Source: an uncultured Verrucomicrobiae bacterium
GTDB taxonomy: Bacteria > Verrucomicrobiota > Verrucomicrobiia > Limisphaerales > Palsa-1400
NCBI GenBank assembly: GCA_963702845.1
Contig: OY969763.1
Coordinates: 5,088,001-5,152,000, forward strand
Direction: 5' to 3'
Length of the DNA stretch: 64,000 nt
Shown here one piece after another: positions 38,326 through 48,955 of this stretch; the stretch's first letter is position 1, and every line of letters starts with the position of its first letter. The notes beneath the pieces were generated by a model. The model ran no database searches, was not told the DNA's origin, and saw only the letters and a program-made list of their open reading frames with translations. A program made the translations under genes and the position numbers.

Positions 38326-41232
38326 ATGCAATCCAACGTCCTGTCGAAAGCAATCGAAACGTGCGCCGACCCAAATCGCGCGCAGTCCGTTATTGATCGA
38401 CTGGCGGAAACCAGTGCGGCCTCGCTGCTGAAAAAACTCAAAGTGGATCAAGCTAATATTATTTGCGCGCTGCTCGCCGGTTCAGCGGCTTCGGGCGAAC
38501 TGCTCGTCGCGCATCCGGATTGGCTGCCGGCCTTATTGGAACCCGGCGCGCTTGATCGTCCGCGTCTTGCTCAAGGTTTGAAACGGGAGGTGGAGAAATG
38601 GCTCAAGCCTTTACTCAAGTCAGATGATTACGCCTCCGCGTTTTCCACGCTTCGCGAATTCAAACAACGCGACATGCTCCGCATCGCTGCACGTGACCTG
38701 GCGCGCCTCGGCGATACGACGGACGTCATGCTGGAGTTGTCCAATCTCGCCGATGTCTGTGTTGAGGCCGTTTATCAAATATGTTGGCAACAGCTCACAC
38801 AGCGTTTCGGTTCTCCCTACCATTTGGATGCCGATGAATGCTGGCAAACGACCACCTTTTGCACCATCGGTCTCGGCAAACTCGGGGGACAGGAGCTGAA
38901 CTACAGCTCGGACATCGATGTCATATTTATATATAGCGACGAAGGCTACGTCTTCAAAACGCCGCCGCACGGCGCTGGGCAGACCGGCAAAGGCCTGAAT
39001 AACCACCAATTTTTCACGCGTCTGTCAGAGGCGATTGTTGCGGAAATTGGCAAACTCACGTCGGAAGGAACGTTGTTCCGCATCGATTTGCGATTGCGCC
39101 CCGAGGGCAACGCTGGTCCGCTAGCGCGTTCGCTCGACAGTTACGAAAATTACTATGCGCAATGGGGACAAACGTGGGAGCGCATGATGCTCATCAAGGC
39201 GAGACCGGTTGCGGGCAATGTTTCTCTCGGCATGGAGTTTGTCGAAACGATTCATCCGTTTCGTTACCCGCGTTCCATCAGCGGACGCACCTTGCAGGAA
39301 ATCGCGGCGGTAAAAAAACGCATCGAGATTGAGGTGGTCAAAAGCGGCGAGCTGGATCGTAACGTGAAACTTGGGCGCGGCGGCATTCGCGAAATCGAGT
39401 TCATCGCGCAGACATTGCAAATTCTGCACGCCGGCCACACGCCGTTTCTCCAGGGATCACAAACCTTGCCGACGTTGGAAAAGCTCAACCAATACCAGCA
39501 TCTCAAGCGCCCTGAGGTCCAGGAGCTCGCTGACGCCTATCTATTCTTGCGCGATCTGGAGCATCGCCTACAGATGGAAGCGCACCAGCAAACGCACACC
39601 ATCCCGACGGAGCGAAAAGCGCGTGAGCGTTTGGCGCGACTGATGGGTTTCGAAACGCTGGTGAAATTTGAGAAAGCGCGCGCCGATCATTCCGGTCGGG
39701 TGCGCGCGATTTATGAAAAAGTCCTGGGCGTTGACGGCGATTCTCAAACAAAGCCGTTGCCCGATGACGACGACGAGCGCGCGTGGAAAAAATTGCTCGC
39801 CGAACACGCGTTTTGCGATCCCGACCAGGCGCTCAAGATGGTCCACGTGTTTTTGCGCGGCCCAGGTTACGTCCATGTCTCAGCGCGGACGGTTGAACTG
39901 GCGCGCCAACTGTTGCCCAAATTCCTCGCGCACTGCCCGCGGCAAGATCACTGGCCCGAGAATGCACTGTCAGATCCGGATCGCGTGCTGATGCGACTCG
40001 ACAGCTTCATCACCGCCTACGGCGCACGCGCGGTTCTTTACGAAATGTGGGCGCAGAAAGCGTCGTTGTTCGAATTGTTGCTGATGCTGTTCGATCGCTC
40101 AGAATTTTTGGCTGAGACAGCCATTCGCACGCCGGACCTCGTTGATGAACTCGAGGTCAGTGGACGCCTCCGCCGCTCGAAAGCTGCCGATGAAATTCTG
40201 AAAGATCTCCGCTACGGGTTGCAGGACGAAGACCAGCACGAATGGATTCGCCGCTATCACGAGGCAGAGTTCATGCGTATCGGCCTGCGCGAGATTCTTG
40301 GTCTCGCCGACTTCGAGCAAAACATGGTTGAGCTTTCCGCGCTGGCCCAGGCCTGCCTTCAATACGCCGTCGACGTTGTCACCGCAAAGAACAAGCTGAA
40401 GACGGTGCCCTTTTGCATCATTGGCCTCGGCAAACTCGGTGGCCAGGAAATCACCTACGGGGCCGACCTCGACATTGTTTTTGTCGCCGACGCGAAGACG
40501 AAGAATTTGCCTGCCCTGCAAAAAATGGCGACGCAGGTTCTTGACCTGCTTTCGAAGCAAACTGAACGCGGAATGGTTTTCGAGACGGACGCGCGTTTGC
40601 GTCCGGATGGCGAAAAAGGATTGCTCGTCAACACGCTCGATGCTTACGAAGAATATTACCGCAAACGCGCCGCGCTGTGGGAAATCCAATCTCTCACCCG
40701 CATTCGTCCGGTGGCCGGTGATATGCAGATTGGCGAACAGTTTCAGAAACTGGCGACCTCGTTATCTGATTTTTCAAAGCCGCAAAAAATCGCTGCCTAC
40801 ACGCCCGATTGGAAATCGCAGATCGCCAAAATGCGCCAGCGCATCGCCAAGGAACGCACTCCCCGCGGCGAAGAGGCGTTGGCGATCAAGACCGGCGAGG
40901 GTGGACTGGTTGACGCCGAGTTCATGGCGCAAGCGTACTGTCTCGAGTGCGGTTGGTCGGAGCCGAACACGCTCAAAGCTTTAACGCGCGCGAACGAAGC
41001 CAAACGGCTTCCGGATGGAGACAAATTCATCAAGAGCTACCGCGCCCTTCGTCGTATCGAATGCATTCTCCGCCGGTGGAGTTTCGAAGGTGAAACCACG
41101 TTGCCGAACGAAGACGCGCCGCTCTATCGCGTGGCCGTGCGGTGCGGATTTAAGACGATCGATGAGTTCATGAAACACGTCGCACAAATCCGCGGCGTCA
41201 TTCACAACAGTTACAAGGTTGTTTTCAAGTAG
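38326..41232 (+). CDS. glnE: Glutamine synthetase adenylyltransferase
   Basis: Two NTase domains (GKLGGQELNYSSDID and GKLGGQEITYGADLD), DLRLRPEG and KLGRGGIREIEF. Confidence 0.95.
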   Translation: MQSNVLSKAIETCADPNRAQSVIDRLAETSAASLLKKLKVDQANIICALLAGSAASGELLVAHPDWLPALLEPGALDRPRLAQGLKREVEKWLKPLLKSDDYASAFSTLREFKQRDMLRIAARDLARLGDTTDVMLELSNLADVCVEAVYQICWQQLTQRFGSPYHLDADECWQTTTFCTIGLGKLGGQELNYSSDIDVIFIYSDEGYVFKTPPHGAGQTGKGLNNHQFFTRLSEAIVAEIGKLTSEGTLFRIDLRLRPEGNAGPLARSLDSYENYYAQWGQTWERMMLIKARPVAGNVSLGMEFVETIHPFRYPRSISGRTLQEIAAVKKRIEIEVVKSGELDRNVKLGRGGIREIEFIAQTLQILHAGHTPFLQGSQTLPTLEKLNQYQHLKRPEVQELADAYLFLRDLEHRLQMEAHQQTHTIPTERKARERLARLMGFETLVKFEKARADHSGRVRAIYEKVLGVDGDSQTKPLPDDDDERAWKKLLAEHAFCDPDQALKMVHVFLRGPGYVHVSARTVELARQLLPKFLAHCPRQDHWPENALSDPDRVLMRLDSFITAYGARAVLYEMWAQKASLFELLLMLFDRSEFLAETAIRTPDLVDELEVSGRLRRSKAADEILKDLRYGLQDEDQHEWIRRYHEAEFMRIGLREILGLADFEQNMVELSALAQACLQYAVDVVTAKNKLKTVPFCIIGLGKLGGQEITYGADLDIVFVADAKTKNLPALQKMATQVLDLLSKQTERGMVFETDARLRPDGEKGLLVNTLDAYEEYYRKRAALWEIQSLTRIRPVAGDMQIGEQFQKLATSLSDFSKPQKIAAYTPDWKSQIAKMRQRIAKERTPRGEEALAIKTGEGGLVDAEFMAQAYCLECGWSEPNTLKALTRANEAKRLPDGDKFIKSYRALRRIECILRRWSFEGETTLPNEDAPLYRVAVRCGFKTIDEFMKHVAQIRGVIHNSYKVVFK

Positions 41233-41347
41233 CCTCGCGCTGAACAGAGCGAACATGATTTATGTCAAACAATAAACAGCCAGCAGTTCGTCTAATTTAC
41301 AGAGTGTTTCCTGTGGATTTTTGATGAACAGCAATTAAGATTTTTTT

Positions 41348-42745
41348 ATGCCAGAGAAGAGCATCACCCAAATTTCAAAATCGGTGCGGGACCAGTACGA
41401 AAAAGGCAAAGCAGCTTTTCAGCGCCAAAACCTGGATTACGCCATCACGTTTTTCAGCTCCGTCCTGGAACAGGAACCGGGGTTTTACGAATGTCGCGAA
41501 GCGTTGCGCGCGACCCAATATAAAAAGGTAGGCAGTAGCAGCGGCTTTTTCAAAAAAATGCTGAGCGGCGCCAGTTCTTCTCCGTTGGTTGCAAAAGGCC
41601 AGCTCGCTTTGCGTAACAACCCTCTCGAGGCTTTGAAAATTGCTGAGCAGATTTTAAATGCCGATCCAAATAGCACCGGCGGCCACAAACTTCTGGCCGA
41701 TGCAGCTATGGCTACGGAATTGCCGAAGACGGCGATTCTTTCCCTGGAAATTTTGATCAAAGCCAATCCGAAAGATCAGGATGTAATCCACGAACTGGCC
41801 CAGGCCTATGCCGCCGCCGGCGAAACGGAAAAAGCCGGCGAACGTTATGATGAACTGATCCGGTTGCGGCCTCACGACGCCGCGATGAGGGAGGAATACA
41901 AAAACCTCACTGCGCGCGCCACCATGGCCGAGGGCGGTTACGATAATATCGGCAACTCTCAAACGTCCTATCGCGACATCATGAAGGACCAGGGCGAAGC
42001 CGTGAAACTCGAACAGGAACAGCGCCAGGTAAAAACCGGCGACGTCGCGCAAAAGCTCTTGGCGGATTACGAAAAACGACTTCAGGACGACCCGTCCAAC
42101 GTAAAGCTCATGCGCACCATTGCCGAAATGTGCGTCCAGCAGAAGAATTACGATCGTGCTCTAGAGGTTTACAAGCAGCTTGGCGAAAAAGATCCCGACC
42201 CAACGATTCAAAGGACGATTTCCGATCTGATGGCAAAGAAACTCGACCTCGCACTCGAACAAATGGATCCGTCCGCTCCTGACTACGAAGAGCAATCCAC
42301 CAGACTCAAAGCCGAGCGCGAAGTCTACAAGTTGGAAGAAGCCAGACAACGCGCCGAACGTTATCCGAACGATCTGCAAATCCGCTTTGAACTTGGCGAA
42401 CTCTATTTCAAAGCAGGCAAGATCAACGAAGCGATGCAGGAATTACAGAAGGCGCAGAACAATCCGCACAAACGGCTTCAGGCCTTGAGTTACCTCGGGC
42501 AGTGCTTTGCCAAAAAGAACATGTTCCCGCTGGCGGCGCGCCAGCTCGAAACCGCACTCAAAGAGAAAGTGGTCTTTGACGAGGAAAAGAAAGAGCTAAT
42601 TTACGCACTGGGTTGCGTTTATGAAAAGATGGGCAAAAACAAAGAAGCCATCGACCAGTTCCAGGAAATTTACGCCGTCGACATCAGCTACAAAGACGTC
42701 GCCGCGAAAGTCGACGCCTTCTACGCGGGCGGCGCTGGGCAGTAA
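41348..42745 (+). CDS. Tetratricopeptide repeat protein
   Basis: All-helical TPR pattern with C-terminal VDISYKDVAAKV. Confidence 0.85.
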   Translation: MPEKSITQISKSVRDQYEKGKAAFQRQNLDYAITFFSSVLEQEPGFYECREALRATQYKKVGSSSGFFKKMLSGASSSPLVAKGQLALRNNPLEALKIAEQILNADPNSTGGHKLLADAAMATELPKTAILSLEILIKANPKDQDVIHELAQAYAAAGETEKAGERYDELIRLRPHDAAMREEYKNLTARATMAEGGYDNIGNSQTSYRDIMKDQGEAVKLEQEQRQVKTGDVAQKLLADYEKRLQDDPSNVKLMRTIAEMCVQQKNYDRALEVYKQLGEKDPDPTIQRTISDLMAKKLDLALEQMDPSAPDYEEQSTRLKAEREVYKLEEARQRAERYPNDLQIRFELGELYFKAGKINEAMQELQKAQNNPHKRLQALSYLGQCFAKKNMFPLAARQLETALKEKVVFDEEKKELIYALGCVYEKMGKNKEAIDQFQEIYAVDISYKDVAAKVDAFYAGGAGQ

Positions 42746-42755
42746 ATCCCCGCGA

Positions 42756-43046
42756 TCACATCATTGCCGCGGCGATGATGATCGCAAGCGCGATGATCAC
42801 CGCACCTCCAAGGATGCCGGCGGCGATGTTGCCTTTGCGAATCTCGCCTTCGATATCGATGCTCGTGATGACCTTGTCGAATGCTTTGAACCCAAGCACG
42901 ACGAGCACCGCGCCCAGCAAGCCGAACAGCGCGCAATAGCCCAATGCTTCCCCGAGCGTTTTTGCATGCCAGCTTTCCGTCGGCTGAGCGAATGCGGAGG
43001 TCGCCAACGTTAGTGGCGCCAGTGTGAGTGCGAGTATCTTTTTCAT
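42756..43046 (-). CDS. DUF350 membrane protein
   Basis: FDKVIT..DIEGEI.KGNIAAGI motif; signal-like N-terminus. Confidence 0.85.
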   Translation of the reverse strand: MKKILALTLAPLTLATSAFAQPTESWHAKTLGEALGYCALFGLLGAVLVVLGFKAFDKVITSIDIEGEIRKGNIAAGILGGAVIIALAIIIAAAMM

Positions 43047-43056
43047 AATAAGTTGA

Positions 43057-44196
43057 TCATCGAAACAGGTGCGGAATAAAGCGGCTGAGGTTTGCAGTGA
43101 TTGGCGTGGTGTCTTCACGAATGCCCATGCCGCAAGCCTCGTGATTTATAACCCACACCCCGAGAATCGGATAATTGCCATCGAATTGGGCCATCGGCGC
43201 GATTGCCTGAAACACGTAACCTTCTTCGCCGTATTCACCTTGTGTAAAAATCGTGCCATCTGGTCGAACCATGGTGACGTTTGCGCCTTCGCGTGAAAGC
43301 TTCGGTTTCTGAACGTAACCGACTTTGCCGTGGCGCTGCTCAAATTCCGCCTGCGAAAAGTATGCGGGCAAAAGATTCTCGTGGCCTTCGTATTTCTTCC
43401 ACAGCACAGGCAGTAACCCTTTATTCGACAACAGCATTTTCCACATCGGTTCGATGAAATGCGTCACTTCGAGCGGCAAATATTGGGAGAACTCCTCGTG
43501 CCACATCCATTCCCAGGGATAGAGTTTGAAGTAGTGCCGCACTTCATTTTCGGCCAGATCGACAAACCGCCGGTTGCGCGAATCGTAACCGAGATCTTCA
43601 ATGAACAGTTGTTGCGTTTCGATACCGGCCTGAAAACACGTGTCCTGGATGTATAAAACAGTCTGCTCATCCTCGAGACTGTCCTTCACACCGCCAAGCC
43701 AGACTTTGTCTCCGGTCGATTTATATTTTTTCCATGCGGCAACGAGGTGCTCGTGAATGCTGTTGAACTGGTCCGCCTTCGGGTTCGTGTCCTCAAGCCA
43801 ATACCACTGCGCCACCGCCGCTTCGACCAGCGCGGTTGGTGTGTCCGCATTGTATTCCAAAAGTTTCGGCGGGTTCTCGCCGTCGTACGCAAAATCAAAT
43901 CTCCCATACAAACTGAAATCATCCCGCTCCCACGATTTCAGGATCGACGGCACCGCACATTCCGGAATTCCGAGCTGCGCAAAGAGTTTGTCGTTCACGA
44001 CGACTTCAGCCGCTTCGATGCACATCATGTGCAGGTCGTTTGCCGCTTTTTCGAACATGTCGATTTCCGCCGAAGTGAATTCGTAATAGGCGGACTCGTC
44101 CCAATACGGCACGCCATCCGCCGTGTGATATGTCAGCCCGACCTTTTCGACTCGCGCTTGCCAATCCGATCGAGGTGTTGATGGGAATCGTTTCAT
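43057..44196 (-). CDS. Glutathionylspermidine synthase family ATP-grasp protein (YgiC/YjfC-like)
   Basis: YWDESAYY, YGRFD, LEYNADTPT, FKLYPWEW, EPMWK and KPKLSREG. Confidence 0.93.
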   Translation of the reverse strand: MKRFPSTPRSDWQARVEKVGLTYHTADGVPYWDESAYYEFTSAEIDMFEKAANDLHMMCIEAAEVVVNDKLFAQLGIPECAVPSILKSWERDDFSLYGRFDFAYDGENPPKLLEYNADTPTALVEAAVAQWYWLEDTNPKADQFNSIHEHLVAAWKKYKSTGDKVWLGGVKDSLEDEQTVLYIQDTCFQAGIETQQLFIEDLGYDSRNRRFVDLAENEVRHYFKLYPWEWMWHEEFSQYLPLEVTHFIEPMWKMLLSNKGLLPVLWKKYEGHENLLPAYFSQAEFEQRHGKVGYVQKPKLSREGANVTMVRPDGTIFTQGEYGEEGYVFQAIAPMAQFDGNYPILGVWVINHEACGMGIREDTTPITANLSRFIPHLFR

Positions 44197-44582
44197 TACG
44201 AGCTCGAATGACCGCTGGACCCGAAGCCCCCACGGCTGATGCTGGATGAATGTGAGGAAACGCTGCTTCCGGCGTGTGAGCCGGATACGGAGCTGCTGCC
44301 AGATGTAACCGGAGTCGGATTCCTATCAGGCGTCGACGACCATTTGCCCCCGTAAAAATAACCGCGTGCTGGATCGAAGGAATTGTGCGGATATGGATAC
44401 CAGTGCCCGTAATACGAATGCCAGTAGCCGCAGCTCGGATTATATGTGTTGTTTGTAAGCGTGTTGGGGCTATCCCAACCCGAAGACGAATCGTCGCACC
44501 CGGCCAACAGAGAGCCCGACAAAACTAACGTTACCGCCGCTGATCGTTTCCGTTTCAACGGTGCAGTAATAAACGGGCGCAC
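44196..44582 (-). CDS. Small lipoprotein (YgiB/DUF1190-like)
   Basis: LLAG-C lipobox and a Ser-rich tail ending SRGGFG; directly upstream of the GspS gene. Confidence 0.75.
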   Translation of the reverse strand: MRPFITAPLKRKRSAAVTLVLSGSLLAGCDDSSSGWDSPNTLTNNTYNPSCGYWHSYYGHWYPYPHNSFDPARGYFYGGKWSSTPDRNPTPVTSGSSSVSGSHAGSSVSSHSSSISRGGFGSSGHSSS

Positions 44583-44615
44583 AAAATCGGTCAGTTACAA
44601 AATCGAATCAATTTT

Positions 44616-46895
44616 TTAATCGCGCACCGGCTTCTTCGCCAGATAAAGCTGGCGATGCTGTTGAATTCCGGCCTGAACCTCTTTCGCGCCGGCAGCGTCG
44701 GCAATCCGAATCCCCTGCTCCGCCGTCTTCACCGCTTCGTCGAAACGCCCGGTTTCCGCGTATGCCGCTGACAGCGTATCCAGCGCATCGGCACTGTTGG
44801 TTTGCGTCAGCATGACCGCGCGCGACGCCAGCGCAACCGCATCGACGCCGCTGCGAACGCTGTCATCTTTCGCCGTGGCCAATAACCACGCTGCATTGTT
44901 GAGAGCGGTAATCCAATTTGATTTCAGTCGGACCGCTTGCTGATAATGCGCCAGCGCCTCGCGCACCTGGCCTCGCGACGAAAGATAAACGGCGAGTTGA
45001 TAGTGTGGCTCAGCGTAATTGGGCTGCAGTTCGATCGCCTTCGAATAATGCACTGCCGCTTCATTAGCCTTGTTCAATTTCAGCAACATGTTTGCAAGGT
45101 GGTAATGGACGGCGGGATCCTTCGGTTCAAGTTCCAACGCGCTGCGATACTCTGCTTCGGCTCGCGGAAATTTATTCTGTGACTCAAGCACGTGCGCGAG
45201 TTCGCGATGAGCCGGTACCGACACCGGCAAAAATTTCATTGCCTGCGAATACGCTTCCTCGGCTTCCGCGAATTTCGATTCCTGTGCCAGCACGCGTCCG
45301 AGCCAGAGGTAAGCCAAGGTATATTGCGGCCAAACCTTGATCGCTTTGCGATACTCCGCTTCCGCTTCCGCGAACATGTGTTCCTGATGCAAAATGAAAC
45401 CAAGATTGTAATAACCAAGCGCGTCGTTTGGCGTTTGTTGCGCCTGTTTGAATTCCGCTTTGCCTTCGTCAACTCGACCGAGCGCGATTAATGCCGACCC
45501 GGTGTTCACGCGCGCTTCAACATTATCCGGCCGCAGACGCAGCGACTCTTTGTAATGCTCAATAGCTTCCTCCAAGAGGGGCTTGTCAGATGGCGAACTG
45601 CGCATGGCCCGCTGCATCACTTCGAGACCATAGCTGTTATGCGCGAGCCAACAGGTGGGATTCCGCGCGATTGTGTCGCGCCAGATAATTTCCGCGCTCT
45701 GATATAAGTGCGATTGTTGCCACGCGAGAAATGCGAATCCGCCAATCACTGCGATCGCGATACAGTTAATCACAGCCTGCACCCGCGCGATCGACACAAG
45801 TGCCGCCGAGGCCAAGGCGATCGGACCAATGATCGCGAAATACTGCCAATGGTCCGCGACCAGTGAATATTTCTGATAGTAAATACTCACGAACCCAAGC
45901 ACCGGCAGTAGCATCAAAACAAAATATCCGAACGCCAAAACCACGCCGCGCAACCGCTCACGCCAACGCCATATCGCCACCGCTACTACCATGAACGCCA
46001 CCAGCGGCAACCACGTCAAAATATGGTCGGGTGCGATGTCCCAACGTGGATAAACAAAAACGAGATTGAACGGGATGAACGTCTTGTAGATGTAAAACCA
46101 CAATCCCCAACCAGCCGTCGCCAGTCTCGCTGCCATGCTGCTCGTCTGAACTTCTTCAATTCCAATGACGCGATGCTTCTGGAACCAGAGCGTAATCAGC
46201 CCGAAAATAAACGAGAGTGCGAAATACGGTCCGATCCGCACCAAGTGTTGTCGGTAGGCCGAGGCTCCTGCCGGGCCTTCACCAGAAACGTGTTCACGAG
46301 TTCTGCCCTGCCACCAATCGACCAGCAACAATACAAACGGCAACGGCACGACTGCCGTTTTGCTCAACAACGCCAGTGCGAAACTGACCAGCGACAGCAT
46401 GTAATATTTTATGTTCCCGTTCCGCGCCTTCGATTTGAGATAAAACAAAATCGTCGCAAGGAAAAAGGGCATCGCCAACGCGTTTTTGCGCTGACTAATC
46501 CACGCCACCGATTCCACGTTCACCGGGTGGACCGCAAACAACATCGCTGCGAGCCAAGCGCCGGGAACTTTCAACGCACGCAACACGCGCCAGAGCAAAA
46601 TCGCGCTGATCGCGTGCAGCAACACGTTCGTCACGTGATATCCGAACATGTTGTCGCCCCAAAACCTGTATTCCAGCCACAGCGAACTGAACGTCAGCGG
46701 AAAATAATCCGGCGTCATCGCCTTGCACCAGATATAGAAAAGGCCCGCGGGCGATTGCACGAGCGCATTGAACATGATCTCGTCGTCGAGAATTTTTCCG
46801 CCATGCAAGCTCGGCAGATAAATCAAAAACGTAATCGCGACCAGGGCGAGTGCCTGCAAAAAGATGCGAAGCGCGGGCGGTGGCGATTGCGACAT
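44616..46895 (-). CDS. TMTC-like membrane glycosyltransferase with TPR tail
   Basis: DD motif after TM1, YFPLT, HVTNVLLH, FAVHPVNVESVAWISQRK, VADHWQY and C-terminal TPRs. Confidence 0.85.
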   Translation of the reverse strand: MSQSPPPALRIFLQALALVAITFLIYLPSLHGGKILDDEIMFNALVQSPAGLFYIWCKAMTPDYFPLTFSSLWLEYRFWGDNMFGYHVTNVLLHAISAILLWRVLRALKVPGAWLAAMLFAVHPVNVESVAWISQRKNALAMPFFLATILFYLKSKARNGNIKYYMLSLVSFALALLSKTAVVPLPFVLLLVDWWQGRTREHVSGEGPAGASAYRQHLVRIGPYFALSFIFGLITLWFQKHRVIGIEEVQTSSMAARLATAGWGLWFYIYKTFIPFNLVFVYPRWDIAPDHILTWLPLVAFMVVAVAIWRWRERLRGVVLAFGYFVLMLLPVLGFVSIYYQKYSLVADHWQYFAIIGPIALASAALVSIARVQAVINCIAIAVIGGFAFLAWQQSHLYQSAEIIWRDTIARNPTCWLAHNSYGLEVMQRAMRSSPSDKPLLEEAIEHYKESLRLRPDNVEARVNTGSALIALGRVDEGKAEFKQAQQTPNDALGYYNLGFILHQEHMFAEAEAEYRKAIKVWPQYTLAYLWLGRVLAQESKFAEAEEAYSQAMKFLPVSVPAHRELAHVLESQNKFPRAEAEYRSALELEPKDPAVHYHLANMLLKLNKANEAAVHYSKAIELQPNYAEPHYQLAVYLSSRGQVREALAHYQQAVRLKSNWITALNNAAWLLATAKDDSVRSGVDAVALASRAVMLTQTNSADALDTLSAAYAETGRFDEAVKTAEQGIRIADAAGAKEVQAGIQQHRQLYLAKKPVRD

Positions 46896-46997
46896 TGTTC
46901 GTGGAGCAGCCAAGGTCCGAATAAGGTATGTAGAATCAGTCGTCGCCTCAATAGCGCAACGCCGCAATCAAACCGAGACGCGCGTCTCAGTTGTCCC

Positions 46998-48380
46998 TCA
47001 AGCCCCCAAACTCTTCCGTATCTCGCAACCAATCTGCTCGTTCCAATGTTCCAACACCGCGCGCTCGCGTCCCTCCAGCAACAGGCGAATCTTCGCTTCC
47101 GTCCCCGAATACCGCAACAACACCCGCCCGCCCTGCGGTTTCAGATCCGTTTCGGCTTTCGCCACCAAAGCCATCACTTCGCCAAGCTCTTCAATCGGTT
47201 TCCTCTCGCGCACCTTAATATTCGTGAGAATCTGCGGGTAACGCGTCCAACACGCCGCGAGCTCTGACAATTTCTTGCCCGTTTTCTTCATCACTCGCAA
47301 AACCTGCAGCGCCGCAATCAAACCATCGCCAGTCGTGCTGAAGTCGCGGAAAATAATGTGCCCACTCTGCTCGCCGCCGACGTAAAAATCATTCTTCAAC
47401 ATCTCCGCAATGACATGTTGGTCGCCCACCGGCGTACGCACGATGTGTCCACCAGCGTTCTTGAATGCCACATCCAGGCCGGCATTCGTCATCACCGTTC
47501 CGACGATCGTATTCTTCGGCAACGCATTTGCGGCCAGCCGTTCCAGGCCGATGATTGCGATAATATCATCACCATCGATCACCTCCCCGCGTTCATCGCA
47601 GAGCAGCACCCGATCCGCATCACCGTCGTGCGCGATGCCAATGTCCGCTTTGTTCTCACGTACCATCCGGGAAAGCTGCTCCGGATGCATCGAGCCGCAG
47701 TCCTTATTGATATTGAGACCGTCCGGTTGATTCCCGTAAACGATCGTCTGCGCACCGAGCTCGCGCAAAACGCACGGCGTCGATTTGTAACCCGCACCAT
47801 GCGCGCAATCGACCACGATCCGCACCCCATCCAGAGTCATGTTCCGCGGCAACGAACTCTTCGCGTATTCGATGTAACGCCCCAGCGCATCATCAATACG
47901 CACAGCCTTGCCGATCTCGCGCGTCGACGGACGAATGTTCTCAATCTCACCGCTGAACACCAACTCTTCGATGCGCGCTTCGATCGCGTCGTCCAGCTTA
48001 TAACCGTCCGCGTGGAAAAATTTGATCCCGTTATCGTCGTAAGGATTGTGCGAAGCCGTGATAACGATACCGGCGTCCGCGCGCAGGCTCCGCGTCACAT
48101 AAGCAACACCGGGCGTCGGCAGCGGTCCGATGAACAATACATCCACACCCATCGAAAGAATCCCCGACGAAAGCGCATTTTCCAGCATGTAGCCGGAGAG
48201 ACGCGTGTCCTTGCCGATGACGATCTTGTGTTTGCCTTGCCCGCGCGATTTGCTTTCGTGGTTCTTGAACACGTGCGCGGCCGCGCGGCCCAATTTCAGG
48301 GCGGTTTCAGCCGTGACCGGCTCAATATTTGCCGTGCCACGAACGCCGTCGGTTCCGAAAATTCTTCTTTGGGTCTTCAT
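46998..48380 (-). CDS. glmM: Phosphoglucosamine mutase
   Basis: FGTDGVRG, ITASHNP, DGDADR, GGEQSGH and RYSGTE. Confidence 0.95.
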   Translation of the reverse strand: MKTQRRIFGTDGVRGTANIEPVTAETALKLGRAAAHVFKNHESKSRGQGKHKIVIGKDTRLSGYMLENALSSGILSMGVDVLFIGPLPTPGVAYVTRSLRADAGIVITASHNPYDDNGIKFFHADGYKLDDAIEARIEELVFSGEIENIRPSTREIGKAVRIDDALGRYIEYAKSSLPRNMTLDGVRIVVDCAHGAGYKSTPCVLRELGAQTIVYGNQPDGLNINKDCGSMHPEQLSRMVRENKADIGIAHDGDADRVLLCDERGEVIDGDDIIAIIGLERLAANALPKNTIVGTVMTNAGLDVAFKNAGGHIVRTPVGDQHVIAEMLKNDFYVGGEQSGHIIFRDFSTTGDGLIAALQVLRVMKKTGKKLSELAACWTRYPQILTNIKVRERKPIEELGEVMALVAKAETDLKPQGGRVLLRYSGTEAKIRLLLEGRERAVLEHWNEQIGCEIRKSLGA

Positions 48381-48469
48381 CCAGGCAAGCTGTTCCTCCA
48401 CTCAACTAAAGCGCCGAAATTCTAACCCAAAGACGCCAAGAAGCAAATCTGCAAACACCCTGATTTTAC

Positions 48470-48493
48470 GGAGTGCGGACGTTCACGTCCGCA
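48470..48493. repeat. REP-like palindrome
   Basis: GGAG-TGCGGACG-TTCA-CGTCCGCA. Confidence 0.55.
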
Positions 48494-48506
48494 GCAATGT
48501 CGAAAT

Positions 48507-48536
48507 AAAAAAGCGGCTGAAGTAACTCAGCCGCTT
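48507..48536 (-). terminator. Intrinsic terminator
   Basis: Stem AAGCGGCTGA/TCAGCCGCTT with an A-run; lies after the 48556 gene. Confidence 0.75.
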
Positions 48537-48555
48537 GCGACAACCTGCTTATCTA

Positions 48556-48924
48556 TCAGGCCCGCCCCATCAAAGGAGGCTTCGTCGCCTTATTCCGCAT
48601 CTTCGTAAAGACCGCCAAGTTGAAGAAGTGCATCGCTCCTAAAACTAGAAGCACCACACCAACCTTCGTGCTCAACGCCTCCACGGCCTCTTGCGCATTC
48701 GCCGCCGCCGCGCCGTATTTCAACGCCAACGTCACGTAACCGATGTTGATCAAATAAAATCCAACAACCAGCAAGTGATTCACCGAATCCGCCAATCCTT
48801 CGTTGCCGTGAAAGGCATCGACCAGAAAGATGCGTCCGTTCTTGTGCAACGTGCGCGCGACCCAGACGGTCAGAGCAACGCTGATGATCAAATAAACCAC
48901 GTAAGTGAGAAGCAGCCAGTTCAT
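48556..48924 (-). CDS. Conserved-looking 3-TM membrane protein
   Basis: TVWVARTLHKNGRIFL...LADSVNHLLVVGFYL...MHFFNL. Confidence 0.8.
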   Translation of the reverse strand: MNWLLLTYVVYLIISVALTVWVARTLHKNGRIFLVDAFHGNEGLADSVNHLLVVGFYLINIGYVTLALKYGAAAANAQEAVEALSTKVGVVLLVLGAMHFFNLAVFTKMRNKATKPPLMGRA

Positions 48925-48955
48925 AGCAGATCCTTTCTGTTGTTGTATTCAGTTG

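Noticed and set aside
46023..48425. Long plus-strand ORFs of 414 and 355 aa
   Set aside because: Shadows of the TMTC-like gene and glmM.
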